A DNA stretch of 64,000 nucleotides from a virus. Lineage: Duplodnaviria; Heunggongvirae; Uroviricota; Caudoviricetes. The DNA lies in the IMG/VR virus record IMGVR_UViG_3300029544_000001, one strand, 5' to 3'. Each line of letters opens with the position of its first letter. Position 1 is the stretch's first letter. The translations under genes and the position numbers were made by a program. Positions 9,398 through 17,819 of this stretch are shown in pieces. The notes under the pieces were generated by a model. It saw nothing but the letters and a program-made list of their open reading frames with translations. It ran no database searches and had not been told where the DNA came from.

Positions 9398-9760
9398 TTA
9401 TAATTTTATTTGTTTAGAAATACACTTATCGCATATACCATCGTTCCGCATGTATTTGACTTTCGATAACTGGAGTCCACATTGCCTACAATAATATACG
9501 CGCTTGGGTTTAACTTTTATCGCATATAAAATTTTACGTTTATTGACATCATATATACCAGAAAGTTTTTCAAGTATCTGGTTATGTGTGAATTTGTTTG
9601 TTTTCATCAATTTCCAATAATCATGTCGGATTAACTTATCTCTTGCTTCTTTCTGATTCAACAAACCATTATCTCTCAATGCAATAATATAAGGATATGG
9701 AATATTGGTTATATCCGAAATCTTTTGAGCATACAAGTCATAAATCTGTGCATCACTCAT
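9398..9760 (-). CDS. hypothetical protein with C-terminal Cys4 cluster
   Basis: 120 aa; CRQCG...CDKC. Confidence 0.4.
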   Translation of the reverse strand: MSDAQIYDLYAQKISDITNIPYPYIIALRDNGLLNQKEARDKLIRHDYWKLMKTNKFTHNQILEKLSGIYDVNKRKILYAIKVKPKRVYYCRQCGLQLSKVKYMRNDGICDKCISKQIKL

Positions 9761-10080
9761 TTCTTTATCACTATTTTAGTTTGAAGGATTATAGATTTGG
9801 AGTCTTCAATATCACGTATAAGATTAAATGAATCTTCCAATAAGGCCAACATAACACGATTACTTTCTTCATGTGTCATATTTTCCCAGTCAATTTCTAA
9901 TTGTTTAGCTATTTCTTTCGCTAACTCATAAAACTTATTTGTCTTTGGAATATCCGTGACATCATATATTTCGTTTTGCTTTTGACCGAACAATAAACGG
10001 CTTAACTCATAATAACGAAAAAACGCCTCCAAAGTCTTCTTCTTATCTGGAGGCGCAATAGATAATTTGTTTTTTGTCAT
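9757..10080 (-). CDS. hypothetical protein
   Basis: 107 aa, 4-nt overlap with downstream gene. Confidence 0.4.
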   Translation of the reverse strand: MTKNKLSIAPPDKKKTLEAFFRYYELSRLLFGQKQNEIYDVTDIPKTNKFYELAKEIAKQLEIDWENMTHEESNRVMLALLEDSFNLIRDIEDSKSIILQTKIVIKK

Positions 10081-10099
10081 ATTTATAAATGATTATATA

Positions 10100-10345
10100 C
10101 GATTATCAACGATTTGTGTAATTTTGTAACCAACATGGTAAGATTAGTCATGTTGGTTGCCCTTTTAGTAGCAAACCTCACCGATGCGCCTGGAATATCA
10201 TGGATCAATTATGCTATTCTGGTTTATGATATTATTTCAGCCGCCATCGCAAGGTTTGCAGGACTAACCAAAAGGAGTCAGAAAGACTCTGCAAATTGAT
10301 GAATTTTATCTGTATGGCTGGAGAATATATCTCCGGCCTTTTTTA
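10100..10345 (+). ncRNA. candidate small RNA or short-peptide element, copy 1 (conserved 5' hairpin CCAACATG...CATGTTGG, 3' intrinsic terminator)
   Basis: nucleotide-level homolog of 13990-14238; terminator GGCTGGAGAATATATCTCCGGCC+T6 at 10316-10345; contains 61-aa ORF 10114..10299. Confidence 0.4.
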
Positions 10346-10412
10346 AGTAATAGTTGAAACTGGATAGGATTAGTTTAGAAAACCAAGTACATTATTGGAA
10401 AATTAATTGGCT

Positions 10413-10434
10413 ACAATTGTATTCAATTATCAAT
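10413..10434 (+). promoter_or_regulatory. conserved promoter/operator motif ACAATTGTATTCAATTATCAAT (palindromic core ACAATTGT) upstream of a -7 TAnnTTTG element
   Basis: near-identical 22-mer at 11229-11250; each is followed ~10 nt later by TAtcTTTG or TAtaTTTG and then a + strand small gene. Confidence 0.5.
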
Positions 10435-10479
10435 AAATAGCAGTATCTTTGCTGAAACGATTAATAAATATTTATCATT

Positions 10480-10653
10480 ATGAATATAGAAATTGGAGAC
10501 AGCGTAAAAATTGTCAATGCCATTGATCCCATAAAGATGGTTGTTATAGATAAAATAGACAATGATCATTTAACCGCAGTGTACTGGAGTCATACCCAAG
10601 GAGCATATCTTACAATAACAGGAAATATAAATGCTTTCGTAAAAATTGACTAA
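10480..10653 (+). CDS. small protein (57 aa), below ORF-track threshold
   Basis: ATG...TAA ORF downstream of the conserved promoter motif. Confidence 0.35.
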   Translation: MNIEIGDSVKIVNAIDPIKMVVIDKIDNDHLTAVYWSHTQGAYLTITGNINAFVKID

Positions 10654-10801
10654 CAAGCCCATTGCTTTTTATAATAAAATATAGGAACACACAAAAAACG
10701 TATCTCGACAACAATATACGAAGAATCAGTGTCCCTATATTTTTTTGCTTCAATAATAGCTTTCATATAACAAAATTTTATTCAATAATAATATTATAAT
10801 T

Positions 10802-11146
10802 TTAGCGTTGGTCCATATAGGCTAGTTCAACAAGGTCCCAAACCTTATCTGCTAAATATACTTCTATCAGCCTTACTTCATTTGCTATATTCGCATCATT
10901 AAGGGGGTATTTCCCCTTACATGATTGTTTTCCACGTAACCTTTCCAGAACATCCGTATCAACAGTTACCTTGAAAAGTTTAGGAGCTTTTTTATTCTCT
11001 TCTTCTATTTGAGGAATAATCTCAGTAATAAAATCAAAGGATGTCTTCTGCTTATCCAATATGAACTCTACCAAACGGTCGGTATTGTGTAAGGCATATC
11101 TACTTTTTAATGCCAAAAATAATTTTGCATTTTTAGGCTCTTCCAT
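10802..11146 (-). CDS. hypothetical protein; weak paralog of 11532..11903
   Basis: 114 aa; shared N-terminal L.LAL(K/H)(S/K)RY and identical leader motif. Confidence 0.45.
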   Translation of the reverse strand: MEEPKNAKLFLALKSRYALHNTDRLVEFILDKQKTSFDFITEIIPQIEEENKKAPKLFKVTVDTDVLERLRGKQSCKGKYPLNDANIANEVRLIEVYLADKVWDLVELAYMDQR

Positions 11147-11228
11147 ATTCTTTATCGTTTTCTATAGAATAGAATGAAAAAAGGGGAATGGTTATGTTAT
11201 TGGATTTATTTTGAAAAATTTATTAACC

Positions 11229-11250
11229 ACAATTGTGCTCAATTATCAAT
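11229..11250 (+). promoter_or_regulatory. second copy of the conserved promoter/operator motif ACAATTGTGCTCAATTATCAAT
   Basis: see 10413-10434. Confidence 0.5.
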
Positions 11251-11286
11251 GATTTTATATATTTGTGATTAAAAACAATTAATACT

Positions 11287-11535
11287 ATGAACATAAAAGA
11301 AAAAGAGCAAATTGAATTGTTAAGTAAAGTTATTGGAAGACGAATCAACCATGAAAACGACTCTTATATCGCAACACGTATTTGGGATGGGTGTTGCACC
11401 TATCTTTCTGCCAATAGACAACTTTTTTCAACTTTCAAGAACGGTATTCCCGAATATCATGTAGAAGAAGCTATAAAAGTTGTAATAATGTATATCAACG
11501 ACCGACATAAACCTGCTTTCTATCCAGAAGACTAA
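11287..11535 (+). CDS. small hypothetical protein (82 aa)
   Basis: + strand ORF downstream of the second promoter motif. Confidence 0.45.
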   Translation: MNIKEKEQIELLSKVIGRRINHENDSYIATRIWDGCCTYLSANRQLFSTFKNGIPEYHVEEAIKVVIMYINDRHKPAFYPED

Positions 11536-11903
11536 CGCACAGAAGAAGCCTGCATCGCAAAAGCAAGCACCTCTCCTGCAAAATTATTTATTACATTTAG
11601 AGCGTAATTTTTCCAATGTTCAGAAATTTGTACCCCATATTCCTCTTCCAATTTCTGAACATTGGAAGGATTAAATTCTATATTTATGAGTTTTGATAAA
11701 TGCACGCACTTATCCTCGATTTCTGCCAGTACGTCATATACATTCTCAACTGTTGCTTTATCATCTAATACCAATTCCTGAATATTATCTGCTGCCCATA
11801 TAACGGGGTATCTTTTATGCAACGCCAATGAAAGTTTTCTTTCTAAAGAAGTTGAATGTATATCTATATTGTTACTTTCGTTTGTATGCAACTCTTTTTC
11901 CAT
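11532..11903 (-). CDS. hypothetical protein; weak paralog of 10802..11146
   Basis: 123 aa. Confidence 0.45.
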   Translation of the reverse strand: MEKELHTNESNNIDIHSTSLERKLSLALHKRYPVIWAADNIQELVLDDKATVENVYDVLAEIEDKCVHLSKLINIEFNPSNVQKLEEEYGVQISEHWKNYALNVINNFAGEVLAFAMQASSVR

Positions 11904-12011
11904 ACTATCTTCTTAAAATTGTTTTCTATAGAATAGAAAAAAAAGAAGAAATACGGTTATGAAAAAGGCATTGAAATCAGAAATAATATGCCAGTTCTTA
12001 TTGCCAGACAA

Positions 12012-12281
12012 TCATCTTTTAGATCTAAAAAACGATATACCCAAAGCATAAATAACGATACCAATTACCCCAATAGCTAAGAAAAACTTATATAGTAATT
12101 CATAATGTTCGTCATACATATACAAAAGGAAAAAAGTAAATACAGACACTAATAACATACATGTACTATATCTTTTCCACGAAATACGTTGACTTTTTTC
12201 TTTTTTTAAAGACAACCCACATATAACAGCAATGCAAGGTGTTACTATAATCCAAATAATAACACAAATAAACGCAACCAT
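12012..12281 (-). CDS. small membrane protein (3 predicted TM helices)
   Basis: 89 aa, hydrophobic, immediately downstream of an HTH gene. Confidence 0.45.
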   Translation of the reverse strand: MVAFICVIIWIIVTPCIAVICGLSLKKEKSQRISWKRYSTCMLLVSVFTFFLLYMYDEHYELLYKFFLAIGVIGIVIYALGISFFRSKR

Positions 12282-12286
12282 AGCAA

Positions 12287-12643
12287 TTATTGTTTTTCGA
12301 TATTAATTGTATATCCCAGAACATCTACTGTTTTAAGTAATGTATCTATACTAATAGTAGTTGTTTTTCTCTCAATATTCGCAATTGTAAGGTGAGAATA
12401 CCCTGCTTTTTCAGCCAAAGCTCTCTGTGAAATTGCTTTTTCTTTACGAATTAATGCTAATATACTTCCTAATTCTTGTGCATCATTTGTACGATATGAA
12501 TGTTGGCCGTTCTCAATTACAAGAATATGCTGTAGTGCTTTAATATACGACATCATATTCCCCATCTCAAAATTGCTACTTCCTTTTTCTAAACGATATA
12601 TAGCAGTAGGCATAACCCCCATTTGAAAACAAATATCTTTCAT
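12287..12643 (-). CDS. XRE-family HTH regulator (HTH at the C-terminus)
   Basis: ISQRALAEKAGYSHLTIANIERKTTTISIDTLLKTVDVLGYTINI. Confidence 0.6.
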   Translation of the reverse strand: MKDICFQMGVMPTAIYRLEKGSSNFEMGNMMSYIKALQHILVIENGQHSYRTNDAQELGSILALIRKEKAISQRALAEKAGYSHLTIANIERKTTTISIDTLLKTVDVLGYTINIEKQ

Positions 12644-12702
12644 TTTAATGGTAGATTCAAAGGCAATTTGTAATAACTAAAGTTTTATTTTCCAAGTCCT
12701 TT

Positions 12703-13257
12703 TTATGATTCCCAATTAAAGGCTGCGTTCCAAATAGCACAAAGGGCAATAATAGTTATTATTAGGCTCATAATATATCCAAATATTCGAGCATTATTTC
12801 TCTCACTCATCCCCCAAACAATAGAATATGATCCGCCTAATACAAAAATGAAAAATAATGTATTGGCTATACCAGCATTACCAATAGCTAAAAAAATTAC
12901 AAAGAGTACAAACGATGCCAATACAATACCCATAAATTTAAATAACCAGCCCCATCTTTTGTCTGACTTAGATTCTGGTGAGGGAGTTATACCTTCCATA
13001 ATATAATTATAATAATCAGTATTAAGCAGAACTTCCTTTGCATAATCACCCATGTCACTTCTATCAAACAATAGTCTTACAATTATATCTTTAGATTCTT
13101 CTATACCTTTTCCTGTAATATTAGAATACCAATTTACAATATTATATATATTTTCTCCTTCCCTAAATTTTGCACATATCTGTTCGTCAGATATTGTAGG
13201 GCTAAACAGTTCTTTTTTCTCTATTTGATGAGGGTCCGAAGTGTTCATTGTTTTCAA
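12703..13257 (-). CDS. membrane protein, soluble N-terminal domain plus 4 C-terminal TM helices
   Basis: 184 aa; overlaps upstream HTH gene by 55 nt. Confidence 0.45.
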   Translation of the reverse strand: MKTMNTSDPHQIEKKELFSPTISDEQICAKFREGENIYNIVNWYSNITGKGIEESKDIIVRLLFDRSDMGDYAKEVLLNTDYYNYIMEGITPSPESKSDKRWGWLFKFMGIVLASFVLFVIFLAIGNAGIANTLFFIFVLGGSYSIVWGMSERNNARIFGYIMSLIITIIALCAIWNAAFNWES

Positions 13258-13687
13258 TTTTTATTGTATATCCTAAGACATCTACAATTTTAAGTAATGT
13301 ATCTATTCTAACAATATGTTTTTTCGATTCAATATTAGCGATTGTAACATACGTTATTCCGGCTTTATCAGCTAACGCACGCTGAGTATATTCAAGTTTA
13401 CGAGTGGATGTCATCCAATCTGCAAAACCCTCAAAATCACAAATAACTTTCCTTTTTTTGCCTTTTAACAAAACCATTTTAGATTTTATAGCCGCCAAAT
13501 AAGTACAAACAAGATTTATATTATAATTATTTGACGCTTTCTCTAAATACTGCAATTGATTAAATGTAAATCCTGTCAAACGACATAGTTCATTTTTACC
13601 TATACCCGCAGACTCACGTTGCACTATTAATTGTTGGCTAAACTCAATTCGATTCATTATATTATAATTTGTAGAACAAAAATACAA
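13202..13687 (-). CDS. tandem-HTH XRE-family regulator; paralog of 12287..12643
   Basis: N-terminal HTH (QRESAGIGKNELCRLTGFTFNQLQYLE) and C-terminal HTH (TQRALADKAGITYVTIANIESKKHIVRIDTLLKIVDVLGYTIKI). Confidence 0.6.
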   Translation of the reverse strand: MYFCSTNYNIMNRIEFSQQLIVQRESAGIGKNELCRLTGFTFNQLQYLEKASNNYNINLVCTYLAAIKSKMVLLKGKKRKVICDFEGFADWMTSTRKLEYTQRALADKAGITYVTIANIESKKHIVRIDTLLKIVDVLGYTIKIENNEHFGPSSNREKRTV

Positions 13688-13715
13688 TAAAGTATTTTAT
13701 ACTGCAAAATATTTA

Positions 13716-13955
13716 TTATCTTTTCTTTATTATTTTCTCTTCCACAAACCCAACGACCTCATCTATCTTGCTTATACAGTCCTCTATCAGGCCGATATAG
13801 TCCTGCATTTTTTCTCCTCTGGAAGACATTTGTAAGCCATCTGGGAGAGAATCGTAGGAGTCTTGTTCTTCATTTAAGATGTCCTCCAGTTCTCCCTTCG
13901 CTTCTTCCAGGGAACTAATAACATCGTTGAATCTACCTTTCCTTTCTTTGTTCAT
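13716..13955 (-). CDS. small acidic coiled-coil protein
   Basis: 79-aa ORF. Confidence 0.35.
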   Translation of the reverse strand: MNKERKGRFNDVISSLEEAKGELEDILNEEQDSYDSLPDGLQMSSRGEKMQDYIGLIEDCISKIDEVVGFVEEKIIKKR

Positions 13956-13989
13956 TTATTTAAATACGATTATATTCGATTATACACAT

Positions 13990-14238
13990 TATTATTAAAT
14001 TTGTAGCCAACTATGATAATGAATATCATGTTGGCTACTCTTTTAATGGCAAATTCCGTTGATTACCAAGAGGTAAGGGTTGCTATTGTTCTGTATGCTA
14101 TTGCCCAAGTATTACGACAATCAGCAGCCTTAATCAAGGCTATCACAAAATTTGCACGGGTGGTCAAGCGAGGCAAGACCTCTTACAATTGATTATTTTT
14201 ATCTTAGCTGGAGTGCGGAATATCGCACTCCTTTTTAT
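13990..14238 (+). ncRNA. candidate small RNA or short-peptide element, copy 2 (homolog of 10100-10345)
   Basis: hairpin CCAACTATG...CATGTTGG at 14008-14035; terminator GGAGTGCG-loop-CGCACTCC+T5 at 14208-14238; only a 48-aa ORF (14046..14192) remains in frame. Confidence 0.4.
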
Positions 14239-14560
14239 TTAGTTTCACACATGCTAATTTTATTCATATTCTCTATCAAAAAATTAAATGTTGTATATTT
14301 GTAACCCCTTTCAGCATCTTTGATATATAAACCAAATCAGAGGGCAAACTTAGGGTTAAGAAATATGTTTAACATATTTAATAGACAACCTCATTCTTTT
14401 TAGAACTGTTAGAATGAGGCTCTGTCTCAAAACTGCAAAACAGTCCAGTGTTGTGGCGATAAACCTGTGCATGTTCGTTCCTATTACAGATTTCGGTTTG
14501 GTAAATGGGAACACGTGACAGAACATTGCAGAAGACTACCGTGTCATTATCGCTAAAAGA

Positions 14561-14600
14561 CTAGTCTTTCCGAGGATACGTGACAGGTATCCTCGTTTCT
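14561..14600 (+). terminator. + strand intrinsic terminator (CGAGGATAC-gtgacag-GTATCCTCG+T-run) with no annotated + strand gene upstream
   Basis: 9-bp perfect stem followed by TTTCTTTTTT. Confidence 0.5.
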
Positions 14601-14603
14601 TTT

Positions 14604-15038
14604 TTAATCTGTATTAGACAAATATTCTTTACTAAAATACCCTTTTGCAATAAGCCACTTAATCATAGACACACAACTGTCAAAAGGGCTGTTCTCGATA
14701 TGGGTACCGGCAAAACAATCTACGGTATATCTACATACGGAGAAGTTATATCCAGCCTCATACTTAATCAATTCTGGATGGTGAAGAACATTTGGTTTGT
14801 CGCAAGGAATCTCATAAGGAAGCAGTTCAAGTAACCGGACCAAGCTCCATGCTGGAATGTCATTGTTGTCTATGTTTTCCAGTGATGGTGGACACAATTG
14901 TAGTTCCCATTCCAATGAATCAGTGCTTGATTTTGTACAGCGATATACCAAATCTGCTGTTTCAGGTTTTACACCTAGCTCTATTAATTGTTGCGACTGC
15001 TCTATGCTTGTTGCAACTTGTGTTGTAAACTGTGCCAT
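14604..15038 (-). CDS. hypothetical protein; paralog of 2426..2947
   Basis: see 2426..2947. Confidence 0.55.
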   Translation of the reverse strand: MAQFTTQVATSIEQSQQLIELGVKPETADLVYRCTKSSTDSLEWELQLCPPSLENIDNNDIPAWSLVRLLELLPYEIPCDKPNVLHHPELIKYEAGYNFSVCRYTVDCFAGTHIENSPFDSCVSMIKWLIAKGYFSKEYLSNTD

Positions 15039-15229
15039 ATCGTTATCATTTTTTCATTAGTTCTTCTTCAAATTCGGCAATGATACAGTCTGCATCACCA
15101 CCATGTACCCAATTCTCTAAAACAGAAGCCAGAATTTCTATAGCTCTTTTCTTGGCATCTTCTTCACCTTGCTTGTAGGTATCCATGCCTATTCGATCTA
15201 TGTCTCCTAAAAAATCATAACTCATTTCT

Positions 15230-15640
15230 CTAAACAGATTTAAAATGTTCTATAAGCTCTTTCACCGTTGCCTTATGACTACAATGGAACCATGCCGCCT
15301 GTACACTATCTTTAATATTTTCTCGTGCATAATTGATGTCATCGTCATCGCATATAAACCAAATATTTTCAGGAGGATATACAAACCATTGTGAATCGTC
15401 AGTATCGTCTCTCAATGCGGCTATGGCAAGGAACAAAGCCTCATTAGTTCCGCAATGAATATACCCATTACATTGTTCAGGAGGATATGGAACATCAATT
15501 CCAAACATCTCATCATTGTCTGTCGCTAAAAAATCATCGTTTATATACCTTTCATATCCTATTTTATACCCTAAACGAACTAACTTATCTCGAAGCTCCG
15601 GTGTGTTTTTGAGTATAAACACAGGTGTTGTAAATCCCAT
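15230..15640 (-). CDS. hypothetical protein
   Basis: 136-aa ORF. Confidence 0.4.
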   Translation of the reverse strand: MGFTTPVFILKNTPELRDKLVRLGYKIGYERYINDDFLATDNDEMFGIDVPYPPEQCNGYIHCGTNEALFLAIAALRDDTDDSQWFVYPPENIWFICDDDDINYARENIKDSVQAAWFHCSHKATVKELIEHFKSV

Positions 15641-15642
15641 AG

Positions 15643-15855
15643 TTAATCCTCCGTTTCTATCTTTACTTTGGCACGTATTACAAATATTCCACTACATGAA
15701 TTAAAAACATCGCATGGATCTGAATACAACCTATCACCTAAATAAGTACCACACTCATTCTTTAAAGAACACTCTAAACAAGGGGATTCGCTCGGTATGA
15801 CAAACTCATGCAAAACTCCATTAATTATTATTCCATTATTTACTTCCATAATCAT
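15643..15855 (-). CDS. small Cys-containing hypothetical protein
   Basis: 70 aa. Confidence 0.3.
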   Translation of the reverse strand: MIMEVNNGIIINGVLHEFVIPSESPCLECSLKNECGTYLGDRLYSDPCDVFNSCSGIFVIRAKVKIETED

Positions 15856-16032
15856 TTCTTTCTTCTATGTGTTTTCTTATTTTTGTTTTTCTTTCAATTC
15901 TTCAATCATCCGTTCAAGGCGATTGTATTCATCTCTCCCAGCTTTATAAGACTGGTCAATGCAATCACGACAGAATTCCAGACGTTTAATTTGTTGTTCC
16001 AATGTTTCGTTCATATTTCTTATTATTATATT

Positions 16033-16248
16033 TTATTCCAGAGGACAATCACTGGGAATATCAACTTCGTCACTTTCGTAGGGTCGAAGTGCAGCGGCTA
16101 CTGTCCTTTTTAATTTTTCACAGAAGAGTTTTACGTCATCGTCACAAAACCAATCATACGGTTCTGGGTCTGGAAGAATTGTACAATGCGGACATTGTAC
16201 ACACTTCTTTATTTCATTAATTTTTGTTTTACCCATATTGTATATCAA
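16033..16248 (-). CDS. small zinc-ribbon-like protein
   Basis: 71 aa; CVQCPHC ... C..C. Confidence 0.35.
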   Translation of the reverse strand: MIYNMGKTKINEIKKCVQCPHCTILPDPEPYDWFCDDDVKLFCEKLKRTVAAALRPYESDEVDIPSDCPLE

Positions 16249-16254
16249 CTTTAA

Positions 16255-16644
16255 TTAAACCAATGTTTTCAATATTCCAATCGCTTTTGCTATACTCAAA
16301 ACTTCCTTCTTTGTTTTTACAGCAGCTGGAATAATTGTCCCATTTGCAGACTTAGAATAGGTCTTGCCACGACATAATACATAATCGTAACCCATTACTT
16401 GCTTCTTACGAGAGAAACCTATACATCCATATTGCAGCGTCCATTCAGAACCACCTCCAAACGGCATATAGTTACCTTTATCATCAGACCACGAATTTTG
16501 ATGACGTCTTGCATGAAAATAACGAGTACCAGGTTGATTATACAATAGCACTTCGTATGCACTATTAATTGAACGATTATGTAAATTCAATCGTTCGCAA
16601 TTCAATCGTTGTTGAGTATCAATCGGTAAATCACAGAATTTCAT
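16255..16644 (-). CDS. hypothetical protein
   Basis: 129 aa. Confidence 0.4.
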   Translation of the reverse strand: MKFCDLPIDTQQRLNCERLNLHNRSINSAYEVLLYNQPGTRYFHARRHQNSWSDDKGNYMPFGGGSEWTLQYGCIGFSRKKQVMGYDYVLCRGKTYSKSANGTIIPAAVKTKKEVLSIAKAIGILKTLV

Positions 16645-16652
16645 ATTTATTC

Positions 16653-16886
16653 TTATCTGAGTGTTGGTTTCTCGAATGTAATATTAGGCAGAAGAGAGTC
16701 GACTTTATTAGCAATTCTACAATTCCATTCTTGTTCTACATTTGATATAGCTTCCATTATCTTACCGAAAAGGCAAACTGGAATTTCATCGCAGCAGGGG
16801 TCTATAAAAGAGACACATCCTTTTTCATCTATCTTATACCGTATTAAAAGCTGTTTACGGTCATCTGTAATTCTCTTTTTACTCAT
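16653..16886 (-). CDS. small hypothetical protein
   Basis: 77 aa. Confidence 0.3.
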   Translation of the reverse strand: MSKKRITDDRKQLLIRYKIDEKGCVSFIDPCCDEIPVCLFGKIMEAISNVEQEWNCRIANKVDSLLPNITFEKPTLR

Positions 16887-17100
16887 TTACGATATTTAAT
16901 AAGTTAAATTTCCATCTTTACTAATAGTAATCACCCCGCTCGTTACCCCAACAAAATAATACTCGGCCTTTGAGATGATGCCTTTGTTTTTCTCCAACAT
17001 GTGTTCTGCTTCTATTTTATCAAAAGCGGTAACTAAGCAAAGTGTATTATCAATGCATAGTCTAAAAATAAATGTTCCCATATTAATTACTATCTTTTTA

Positions 17101-17412
17101 TTAGTTAATTTTCACCCAAATACGAGAACCGGGTAAATCTGACTTAGCTGACATTACATGAAATGCCAACACCTTTTTCACATCTACGCGGTTCCCTTTG
17201 ATTGTTCTTTTAACTTTTTCAGCACTCACAAAATAAGTGTATTCACGTTCACCATTTAGATGTTTGTTAAGAGCTTCTTTTGCGTCAGATTCCTCTTTAA
17301 AAACATCATAAGAATATGCGTTATAGGTCCGTTCTCCATCCAATTTAAATTGTAGCTGATAAAAGACTTCATTTGTTTCTTTATCAAAAGATTTTCCTAT
17401 TCTTATCTTCAT
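17101..17412 (-). CDS. hypothetical protein (start trimmed to MKIRIGKSF...)
   Basis: the ORF-track N-terminal extension (17413-17724) is hydrophobic low-complexity and overlaps the + strand repeat gene. Confidence 0.4.
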   Translation of the reverse strand: MKIRIGKSFDKETNEVFYQLQFKLDGERTYNAYSYDVFKEESDAKEALNKHLNGEREYTYFVSAEKVKRTIKGNRVDVKKVLAFHVMSAKSDLPGSRIWVKIN

Positions 17413-17548
17413 TTCTATACATTTATTAGTTAAAGAGCACACCCTAATAAAAATAAAGTGTCGAATTTTAAAATTATTGCTGAAATGGATGCGCCCTTTG
17501 TTTTTTATTACTACTTTTACAACTGTCGAATTTAAAAAATTATTGTTT

Positions 17549-17767
17549 ATGAAATTAACTAGTGAAATTATCAACATCCTCAACGCAGGTGGAAGTGTAA
17601 AGATTAACTGTAAATCAAAACTAACTTCAGAACTAATCAACATTGCTATGGCTGCGTCAAAGAATAACGTAACTCTCATTTGTACCAATGCAGGATGCAA
17701 ATTAACATCAGAGCTAATTAACATAGCTGCTGCTGGTAAAGGACATGTTGTTTTTGAATTAGACTAA
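17549..17767 (+). CDS. small protein with three tandem ~13-aa repeats KLTSE(L/I)INI..A..
   Basis: repeat copies 2 and 3 differ at 7 nt, 5 of them synonymous third positions; preceded by two 21-22 nt direct repeats (17459-17479, 17524-17545) and followed by a 9-bp hairpin at 17773-17809. Confidence 0.5.
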   Translation: MKLTSEIINILNAGGSVKINCKSKLTSELINIAMAASKNNVTLICTNAGCKLTSELINIAAAGKGHVVFELD

Positions 17768-17819
17768 TGTTTAAAGTCAGGGCGTGCACAACTATTGCTA
17801 CCTGACTTTACGTCATTTT

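Noticed and set aside
14014-14192. 59-aa ORF starting at ATG 14014 as an intact paralog of ORF 10114..10299
   Set aside because: Recounting showed a stop after 10 codons (MIMNIMLATF*). Only a 48-aa ORF (14046..14192) is open, so copy 2 is frame-broken.
17413-17724. N-terminal 104 residues of ORF-track 17101..17724
   Set aside because: Hydrophobic low-complexity translation that overlaps the repeat-containing plus-strand gene 17549..17767 (17477..17767 in the ORF track), whose repeats show synonymous-site conservation. The true start is taken as MKIRIGKSF at 17412.
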